From: Klebsormidium nitens
Taxonomy: Eukaryota; Plantae; Klebsormidiophyceae
DNA: 64,000 nt
Direction: 5' to 3'
Assembly: GCA_000708835.1 (NCBI GenBank)
Contig: DF236950.1
Span: 287,355 to 351,354 of the forward strand
Part shown: positions 50,453 to 60,122 of the stretch, piece after piece
Layout of the letters: each line of letters opens with the position of its first letter
How positions within the stretch are numbered: position 1 is the stretch's first letter
Position numbers and translations under genes: made by a program
The notes under the pieces: model-generated
What the model was told of the DNA's origin: nothing
Seen by the model: only the letters and a program-made list of their open reading frames with translations
The model's database searches: none

Positions 50453-52838
50453 ATGGCGGGAGCTCTGCGCCTTAGCGGTCCGCCCTTCATGCTCGCGCTC
50501 ATTCTGGCTGTGTTCTGCCTTTCGGGAACTTCTGCAAACCGGCGCCTTCTGACGGACCGGTCGAGCGACTCGTGCGCATGTGGCGATCCTATGGACCACT
50601 GCGACTTCTACATGGACGGCTACAAGGACAAGTGTCCCGTCTTTGACATCGGCTCAGGAACCGGTGACCAGGTGAGCTTCTGTTATGACTTTGCGCTTGA
50701 GTCTGCTGGATGAAGGAATGGTACAGGCATGGTTCAGCCGTTCTTCAGTTGCATCAGTTTTTGGTTTGCACTGTGCTAATGCGGTAAATCCAGCTCTTCG
50801 AAGATTGGCTGGACACCAAGAGAGTTTTCATTTCCCTTTAGGCTTTCCATGCTTCTCTCTACGAAAGGAAGGACCAGAAAAGCTCGTGGGACTATCAGGT
50901 TCGATGCTTTTTGGATGGCTTCGAACGCTTGTGACCGTTCGACGGTGGTTGAAGACTGCTGCACTTTCGTGCGGAACCCGAGAAAATGGCCACGAAGGCG
51001 AAAGGCCACTTCTCATGCGTGGTACTAGGACAGGGCTTTTGAAGACAACGGTCATGTCAGCAATTCAGAGCTTCTTCCGGTGCATGTAAAGGCTTACCCA
51101 AATGAGCAAGTCGTAACTACGCTGGCTGGGTCGAGATTCATCAAAGCCACAAACAGATCGATCTGCTCTGTCCACCTCCGGGAGAAAAATACAGCATAAT
51201 TGGGCAAAACCAAAACGTGTCCCTTGTCTCTCAGGTGTACACCAACATGAGCCTGTGCGACAAGTACGGCAACGCTGTCACGACGGCCAACAGCCAGTCG
51301 TGCCGTGTCATGAGCTCCTGCTGCTCCGGGGATTCGAGCACGAGCTGCGGCAACCAGTTCTACGCCAACCAGAACCACGTGGCGTGCAGGACCATCCAGG
51401 GGCCGGTCCAACAGTTCCAGGTGAGGCGCTGCTTTAATATACTCTGCCAGAATGTGCGTTGATCCGCTAACGTGCGCGGGCCCCTGTCGACTGATGCGCG
51501 TTTTCTTGGAAGCATAGAACGCGAGCCCTTGACTTTCCTCACTGGAGCGGGTGACGCCTGAGCCTGTAATTCAGAAACTCACAAGCAGATTCTTCAAAAG
51601 GCAGCTTGAACGTTTCGAGAGCAGGGAAGAGATGTGCTCACTTCATCTTCGAATCGAGTCCTGGCAGTAACGTTTCCCGTCTCATTCCGCAAAACAGGGA
51701 CCAGAAGAGCAAGTTCTCTTGGAAGAACGTATCAAGCTTTTGGAGGGAAAGGGACTTTCGTACGTGCGCGCTTTGCGTTTGTGCAGATTGAACCCAAGAA
51801 TTTCGTGCATTCACAAAGCCGTTTTTTGCGGCTCTCATTCGTGCTGACGAACTTCTGCGTCATTTTTACCAGGGCCTGTGCATCAAGCTGGTCCTCACTT
51901 CCGTCGAGCTCGGCCCGAACGCCTTCAACCTGAACAAGGGGGACGGCAACAAGGACTACCCCGAGAAGCGCCGCTGCGTCATCTTCCAAACCGCCTGCGC
52001 GCCCTCCTATTCCCCCCCAGAGTCTTACTCTCCTTCCTACTCCCCCCCAGAGTCTTACTCTCCTTCCTACTCCCCCCCAGAGTCTTACTCTCCTTATTCC
52101 CCCCCGGAGTCTTACTGGCCTTCTTACTCACCCCCGGAGTCCTACTCTCCCCCCGAAACTTACTCTCCCCCTTATTCGCCCCCCGAGTCTTACTCCCCTC
52201 CCTCGTACTCTTCCCCCGAATACTACTCGCCCCCCGCATACTATTCTCCTCCGTCTTACTCCCCCCCCGAGTACTACTCGCCCTCTTCTTACCCCCCGCC
52301 CAGCCCTTACGGGTATCAGCCCCCCCCTTATTACCCCCCCAGCTACACCCCAAGCTATACGACGCCGCCCTGCACCATATCCTATTACCCCGACAGCTAC
52401 GGCAACATGCAGCCCGTCACTGTCTGTCTGGGCGGAGGCACCCAGACGATCGGGCAAACGGTGAGGGCCTCCGAAACTAGGAGTCAGATCAAAGTCGCTT
52501 GCACGTCGTCTGATCATGGTGCTGCGAAAGCTGCCGTTCCAACATTCGAGCTCGGTTTCACGCTGTATCAACCGTTTATCTTTGCGCTTCGTACCGGGAG
52601 AAGCGGGCTCGTGCCCTCAGAGCAACAGGTGGCATCTTGGTTGGGAGCTTCACGTTCTGAGCCCTGGCTTTCGAGCGAGTTAAGCGGGCTGTGTTCATTT
52701 TTAGCCTGAGGATTGGTAGAAGGTGCAACTGCCCCTGGGTCTTTGTACGTAACCGTCGCTGTCGCATGGGTTGCAGCGCTCTCAAGCTGTTTCTTGTGCT
52801 GTTCGCAGGTCGGCCAGGGCTACAAGAATGACCCGTGA
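50453..52838 (+). CDS. Secreted chimeric extensin-like/HRGP protein A (340 aa): signal peptide, NRRLL, ~140-aa 13-Cys domain, Ser/Tyr/Pro repeat tail
   Basis: Exons 50453-50671, 51235-51420, 51873-52460, 52809-52838, all phase 0 GT-AG. The tail reads SYSPPESYSPSYSPPESYSP..EYYSPPAYYSPP..PYGYQPPPYYPPSY. Confidence 0.87.
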
Positions 52839-54955
52839 AGAGACGGTACGTCCTTAAGTTTCCCCTCTTTTCCCCGCTGTACTTGTATATATGAGCTGCC
52901 TTTGACTCCTCTGTACGCACGTTCTATTTGTAAAGTGAAAAGACGCCTGGAAAGAAATCTTCTCCTGTCAAGGAGCGAGTGTGTAGCCTCAAGGCTAAAA
53001 TGTGGATAACGGTTTCTTGCGTCCCCAAAGTTGTACATTCGTGCAGGTTCTTGCAAGCACATAGCTACCCGTACGGTCGTATAGTCGGACCTGAGACCGA
53101 CGCACTTGTTCTTCTGTGTTTGCAGGTTGTTCCGACGTCTACGAGTAGACAGTTTTCGCCTTTACCGAAGATCGTCAGTATACTACCTAGCTGAATTGCA
53201 CCTCCTTTGGTCGCTCCTAGACGTTCTAAAGCAGTCTCGTGACGTAATTCTTCTTCGCAAGTTGATAGGCGGAAAGCTAGTCTCGCAATACAGCTGAATA
53301 AAGACTTCCTCAAAAGGTTCTGACTTCAACCAGACGCATCTTAATACGCCTCCACTGAATGAATCGCCTTCAAGTGGTGGAGGAATTTTGGATTGTTGCT
53401 TTCGTAATGATAGATCTGCAAGTTGACTATGTCCCTGAGCTGCATGCGCTTGAGCACATGTGTTAAGCTACCGCTAACATCATTGCTGTGGCCGTACATC
53501 TACAGAGTTCCAACCCGTGGAACCTTCGTGACTCATTACGTTAACATGAAAAGCAAGCAAGCGTGAAATCTAACAGAATCGGTTCACCCTCACTCTCTTG
53601 CACTCAACGAGATATAAATTTTCCCGCAACTTGCAGATTTTCGCAAAAAACTTTCTCAGATTTGTCTTCTATAATTTCGACTCGTTCAGTCTCCGCAGCG
53701 ACATCCAGCGTCCGGTCAATACTACTTTCATACGCAAATACGTCTTCTTAATGGCTTCGAGGTTTCGACAGCCATTTGCCTGAAGATGGTAGATTTCCTG
53801 TCACATGTCGAGCAGCACGCACGACTGCGAAAATCCAGTACATCGTAGGACTAGCTAAAGCTCCTCTTGATGATGCAGAGTCGAAATCATGCATAAAGTC
53901 AGACGAACTGAAGTGCGTGGAAGAAAATCTCATACGTCACCGGTCATATGTGTCAAGAATAACGCATGGAACATTCAGAACGCCCACAAGGCTCAGAATC
54001 AACACGATGGAGTGTATTCCAATACTCACGGTGACGATCATGATAAAAATCCTGGCGCTTTCAAGCTCGGCACGTCAGCTTGAAGTCATCGGTTACGAAG
54101 CTCGAAAAGGGCGTGGCGTCATTTGCGGGCGTGGAGGCATTTGTGGGCGCATCCAAAACCGGAACGGAGCCATCATGCAGATTTTGAAAAGCGCGCACCT
54201 TGACCAGGCTTGACGAAACGCGTCGCGAGCCGTGACCTGCTACAGTAAGCGCATTTCTAGAGATCCGCTTCGATGATTTTCGCTCAACCTCACCGCGCGC
54301 GCATGTCCATTCTCGATTGGAATGCAAAAGTAGAATCTATTGCATGGCGCATTGCGCACAATCGGACTCTGTGGGTTGCTTAGGCAGTGTCCATGCACCC
54401 GAAGGTTGACGGTCTGGCCAGCTGTGTGCCACGTGTTCACCTGATTGTCTGCCTTAATCCAAGACGACTCACCACGGTGCTCTTCGTCCGTGCTGAATTG
54501 TCCTGCAGCTGACCCGAACTCGTTATTTTTTCCCATGCTTTTTGAGTTGCAAAGAAGCTTGGAAATCAAATGGTGGCCGCGTCCGCTTGTGCCAGCTCAT
54601 TAGGTCATTGTTCGTCAACCCTGGCTTCAATTTTCGTGATGTCCGGACGGGCCACCAGCCGTTGCTTGACCAGAGCTGACCGTTTCAGCGGCGCCACACC
54701 AAAAGCCAGAAGGTCAAGCCCAAAGGGCTACTGCTGAGGGATGGGGCCCACGGTCCGAGACCGCCCATTGACCGCATCTTTCAGATTCCCCGCCTCGAAG
54801 ATTTCTTCTGGGGGCCAGTAATCTAGGCTTCACTCTACTTACAAGCAGCAGATTGCCGAGCTGATTTCAAGGCACCCAACAGAGCGCCAGCTTATCTGGA
54901 AGCAGCATCTTTCTCCGACGGTCTTTTTCACCTCTAGCGCTTGTCCTCAGCAGCC

Positions 54956-57121
54956 ATGGCAGGACCCTGGCGGTTCCGCGCCGCGCCCCTCGCGCTCGCG
55001 CTCATCCTGGCCGTCTTCTGGGCTCCGGGCATTTCTGCAAACCGGCGCCTCCTCCACGGAACGACCCAGCAGAGCAGCACGTGCTCGTGTGGCCAGCCGA
55101 TGGACCAGTGCGACTTCTACATGGACGGCTACAAGGACAAGTGCCCCGTCATTACGTTCGGCCCGGGGAGCTGGGACATGGTAAGCCCTTTCTTGCATCA
55201 GCTCTCGACTACTGATTATGTTTCTAAAGGTCTGCTAAGCTGGAATAACTTTCAGCTGATTGAGGAAAGAAACGTGTCTGCTCCTTGAAGATGGATTTCC
55301 CAACTTACGTTATGCCCATCACAGGATTCAGCAAAACAGCGGTCGAAAAGAGGTGTGTTTGGTGTTCCTGGGTTTTTAGATGACATGAAGGAAATAGGAT
55401 CTCTTCTAACAAACCTCGAAATGGAGAACGATTGTGCCCCGTTCAAATGCAGGATCGTGGTGGCCACCTCGAAATGTAGTCAACTTCTTTTTTAAGAGCA
55501 TCTGATATCATGTATGAAGCTGACCGACCACCAGAAATATATCAGGACTGACTTATCAGAACTCTGCTTCGCCCCTGATAACGTGAAGTCTCAACATTCT
55601 TTCGTAGAACCAAGCAGACTAGGAGGCATGAGAATCTTTCTCAGAAACGCCTGTGAAAAGTTCCACACTTTTCTCCTTTGCATGTCTACTCGAGCATGAG
55701 CATGATGGACAAATACGGCAACGCGGTGGTGACGGCCAACAGCCAGTCATGCAGCGTCATGAGCTCCTGCTGCTCCGGGGACTCGAGCGTCAGCTGCGGT
55801 AACCAGTTCTACGCCAACCGGAACCACATCGCGTCCAGAACCGTCCAAGGGGCCGCTCAGAGCTTTGAGGTGAGAGGCTTCGTCTCAGAGGGCCCCTCCA
55901 ATGAAAAGATGGACAGAAAGGCACCTGAAGCCTTTGTCAGTATGTTCCGCTCGCATGCATCTGTAACCGAGTCCTTCCGCTAACCGCGAGTCAGCATTTC
56001 AGGGACTCAGGGACGAGTACTCTGCGAGATGTTGGCGAGATCCTCGTCGGGGTCGGAAAGACGTGCGATCCAGATCCAGCAGTGTGCGGAGACATTTCTA
56101 AAGCTCGAGCTTGCCAACTCTCGCGACTCGCCGCCCTTCATGCTTTCCGGCGAACGAAAGAACACTCGATCGCAGATTTCAGCTTTTGTTGTCTTGAAGA
56201 ATCCTTGTCAGGCTCGTGACTTTTGTCGTGTCCTTTTTTCCAGGGCCTGTGCATCAAGCTGGTCCTCACCCAGGTCGAGCTCGCGCCCAACGACTTCAAC
56301 CTGAACCAGGGGGACGGCAACAAGCAGTACCCCGAGGAGCGCCGCTGCGTCATCTTCCAGACTGCCTGCGCGTCGTCCTACTCCCCCCCCTCTTACACCC
56401 CCCCTTCCTACTCCCCGCCCTCTTACTCTCCCCCGTCCTACTCTCCCCCCTCTTACTCGCCCCCTTCCTACTCCCCCCCTCTTACAGTCCCCTTCCTACT
56501 CTCCCCCTTCTTACTCGCCCCTTCCTACTCCCCCCCTCTTACTCCCCCCTTCCTATTCGCCCCCGTCTCAGCCCCCCCCTTCTTACTCCCCGCCGTCCTA
56601 CACCCCCCCATCGTGCCCTTCCAGCAACTGTCCCCCGTCCCAGTCCCCCCCCTCTTATTCCCCCCCAAAGCCCTACTCGCCTCCGTCCTACTCCCCAAAA
56701 CCGAAGCACCCTCCGCCCAGCCCTACTCAGTACGAGTCGCCTCCCGGCTACAGTAGTCAGAGCGCCAGCCAGACGGTGAGCGTGTTTAAGACGCTTTCGA
56801 CACATCGACTTTTTGTCGTATCAAGCAGGGGTGGTCTTATTTCAAGGTACATATTGTGGACGTTGAACAGATTTCTGATAGGATCATTCATGCTCTCAAC
56901 CGTGATGCAAACGTTTCCTGAATACCTGCATGACAGACGTCTCGGACCTTTAATCGCGAAAATTGAAAGGGTTTTCCACATATAGTTCGCGCGCCATTCT
57001 TGTCCCACAGTTTCGGAAAGCATGTGACCAACGAAGTAGGTCTTTGTGGACGAAGTCCGGATCCTGCGGTGCTGACAAGTTACTCTTTTGTTCGCTGCAG
57101 ATCAGCCAGTATGGAAATTGA
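54956..57121 (+). CDS. Tandem paralog B of the chimeric extensin-like protein with a (SYSPP)n tail; disrupted in this assembly (recent pseudogene or sequencing errors)
   Basis: Exons 54956-55180, 55684-55869, 56244-56775, 57101-57121 mirror paralog A (exon 2 is 186 nt in both). The intron 1 acceptor reads CAT instead of CAG, and five single-C losses in poly-C runs at ~56470-56550 shift the frame. Confidence 0.75.
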
Positions 57122-57865
57122 TCACGATGGAAAGGAAAGGGTAGGGTGAGTCCACGAAATTTGTTTCGTCGAAGATACGTTCTTAAAGGTTTTGCTTTTG
57201 AGCGCGACCCCCTTCCCTTGACCGAATTCGAATCGACCCGCGACTAACAGTCTCCCTTGGGCAGCATGGCAAAGATTGTTGAACCAGGAAGATTCTGTTT
57301 TATCAGCTAGTATACCGTTACGTTCGACGTTTAATTGACGTACCGTAGGGCGGTCTTCGTCGTTTGAGGACTCCAAAGCGCTCACTAGGTTCTTACCGAA
57401 TGGACTAAACCAGTGCAGCACACAGGTACACGGACAGGCTGACTAATCAGATTGCTTATCTTCAGGGAGCCCAAGTCAGCGCGTGAGTCGGCGTCGACCG
57501 ATTCCTAAGCATAGGTACGTCGTAAAATCCGCGGAGGTCAAAATGACTGCGGCTTGAACCGTCCAAGCTCTGAAACTACGATGAAGAAAGTCTTTGAGAA
57601 TGTCTCCTTTTGATCTTAAGGTACAAGCAAGAAACTATCAATGTTTGTATGCAGTGCTGTTAGCAGTACGCCGGAAGTGGGTACGTACCAGGCCGTTAGC
57701 GGTACACCTAGAATTGGCAACGATAGAGAGCAGGCCGATAGAAGGCTGAACCCATAGGCAATTGCATCTTTGGCCGGCCCGTCAAACATCTGACATCGAA
57801 ATCGAAATCAGGCAAAGACGATCCCTTCAAAAGTTGCGTGTTTTCGTCCTGCACATGTCATGGCG

Positions 57866-57905
57866 AAAGTCGTATTTTCTGAGTCGCCAAAGTCGTATTT
57901 TCTGA
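57866..57905. repeat. 17-bp direct repeat AAAGTCGTATTTTCTGA x2 with a 6-bp spacer
   Basis: Copies at 57866-57882 and 57889-57905, between convergent gene ends. Confidence 0.75.
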
Positions 57906-58615
57906 CGAGGCAAGGACTAAGTTTTGTGTTCAGCCCACCGGGCGCACCGCAATCCTGAGTTGTATGCATGAATGCAAAGAAATTGTGACCAGATACTCAA
58001 TTACTCTACTCTTCATACTACTTGCATGGTACATCCAAGCAGCCGTAGCGTCATCCAGATTAGTTGTTGGACCTTGCGTCTGCAAGCTGTGGCATGTTGA
58101 TTCCTTGAAGTCATCACTTCATGCATGGCTCGTGTGTGGTCGCTGGCTAGAACAATAAACTAAGGAATGAAAACCTGCGATGAAAGTTCAACTCGAGTAC
58201 GATGCAATGGAAACTTGAAACTAGATCTGTTTGATTCACCTAATCTGGGTGATGTTGCAGCATGCAATCCGAAATTATACGCATCAGCGCACATGTTTTT
58301 TCGAAATACGAATTGTATCCTTTAAGATCGTACAAAGGTATGATTCTGGCAAGATGAGAGGCTTCTCGATATGACACATCAGAACAACATGCATGGCTAT
58401 GGCAAATCTTCCATGGCCGCATTCAAGCATCAACTGCGGGAGATCAAGCCATTCAGACCCAGCTACACAAAAACAGGAGAGGCTTTAGTCGTCGCGATCA
58501 ATCCCAAAGATGCCAGCATTACAAGCAGATCAAATACTCAGTGCCAACTCAATCCATGCCTGGCCCACTGGCTCCAGGTGACTACAAGGGGGCTAGTTAC
58601 GCAGCCCATGTGCCG

Positions 58616-59326
58616 TCAAAGCCGGGCGGGCGGGCAGCCCGGGTGGTTGTGGCCACTCACGGCCACTTGCCTGCCGCGTAACTTTGACTCAAGGTCCTCG
58701 ATCCAAAGTTCTTGTTCTTTAAATCCTTGATCTATTGTGCTCAAGGTGTGCTGCAGATTCTCTAGCTCAAATCTAGCTTCTGCAAAACGCTGTTTCTTGG
58801 CAGCTTCAAGACTTCTGAGTTTCTGGGTCTTTCTCTCAAGTTGACCCTCCAACTCCAGTTTCCGATCTTCAAGCTGAAAGCGGACCCTAGACACTTCGAG
58901 CTCAATTCTCCTTTTTCGAGCCTGCTCTTGCTCAGCCTGCTGAGCCCTCCCCTTTTCTCTGGCTTGCTCAATGGCAGCCGCGACAGCACACTGACTGCTG
59001 ATGACAGATTGTCTCTCCCAATCGTAGCAGGTATTACACAGGGGGACTGCTTGGGGAGCTGCCGGAAGCTGGCTGATGTCAGCAAAGTGGTGGATCCCTG
59101 GCGTGAACGTGGTTATGACGATAGCAGCTGGTTTCAACTTGCAATGGGAGCAGCGTGAAGCCAAAGATTTACGATGGAGACGGGGCACAATGGGTGGATT
59201 CTGTTCATTGGTGGGTGCGGCAGTGCTGTCTGCGCAAGCGGCTAGCTTTGACTTTTTCAACCTAGCTGCGTTGGCAGCTTTTAGAGCTGCCAACGATGCC
59301 CTCTTGGCCTTGCTTAATCTAGGCAT
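58616..59326 (-). CDS. Orphan protein (~236 aa as a single ORF): basic N-terminus, CxxC-x34-CxxC putative Zn finger, coiled coil
   Basis: Open frame MPRLSKAKRASLAALK..CSHCKLKPAAIVITT..LCNTCYDW..EQAREKGRAQQAEQEQARKRRIELE. It lies head-to-head with the LPP gene. A possible GC-AG intron starts at 58670. Confidence 0.5.
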   Translation of the reverse strand: MPRLSKAKRASLAALKAANAARLKKSKLAACADSTAAPTNEQNPPIVPRLHRKSLASRCSHCKLKPAAIVITTFTPGIHHFADISQLPAAPQAVPLCNTCYDWERQSVISSQCAVAAAIEQAREKGRAQQAEQEQARKRRIELEVSRVRFQLEDRKLELEGQLERKTQKLRSLEAAKKQRFAEARFELENLQHTLSTIDQGFKEQELWIEDLESKLRGRQVAVSGHNHPGCPPARL

Positions 59327-60122
59327 GATGCCACAGAGTGCCCAGTCTTGCAAGTCCTTTAACCCTTTTCAAGCAAAGAGGTGCTGGCGCTGTATACAGC
59401 TCCTGTGCGGCGCACCAGTGAAACTTTAGCAAATCAGCATGTTCGAACTTTCTCGACCAGTACTCTGTTTGATGTTGAGGGCGTGATGCAAATTTGAAAT
59501 GCATTAAGAGAGAGCAACTCTGTGAGAGAGCAACTAACTCAGCAAACAACATTGACGAAGAAGAGAAGATTCAGATCTCCAAGAACACAACTTCAACTTC
59601 AAGGTTCGAGACTTGGTTGAACTTCAACTTCAAGTTGAAAGCAAGCGTCGCGTTGGCGATGTCAAGCTCAAGTACGTCTATGCCAGTGTAGCTGGCCCAT
59701 TTCAAATTCAAGCAGATTGGCGCGAGCGGTCAGCAGAATGCCTAGCCTTAAACCCAAGGGTTTCAGGTTCCTGGCTGATCAGCAGTGTGGGAATTCTAAA
59801 TCATGGATGATGGTTTGATTAGATAAATTTGACCCCTTGCATGCGAGCTCATTTTGGACGCTTCTGAAGCATTGTTGCCGCAATCGGACGGTGATTGTAG
59901 GGGTTGAAACCTCCTCCATGCCGTACGGTTTAGGTTACAGTAATGATGAATTGGGGTGTGCCGGGCGACGGCCGCGCCGCGGCAGCCGCGCTACTACTTG
60001 TAGCTAAGTTTGCAGAGTACGTGCCGCGGCCGCATTGCAGATCAGCCATTTGCTTCTCTCTCAGGCTGACATCAGCTGTCTTTTCCTGTCGCTCTGCGGT
60101 ATGTTTCAGCGGCTGGCCGCTC

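Noticed and set aside
51990-52300. Regular short repeats resembling a CRISPR array
   Set aside because: They are in-frame coding repeats without unique spacers, in a eukaryotic gene.
51878-56779. ORF-track proteins with PPRVLL/PPFLL repeats (51878-52480, 56216-56779) and Gly-rich antisense ORFs
   Set aside because: Alternative-frame or antisense readings of the SYSPP exons.
59599-59615. GGTTCGAGAC, a Pol III B-box/tRNA T-loop-like motif
   Set aside because: The T-stem is imperfect, and there is no A-box or cloverleaf.
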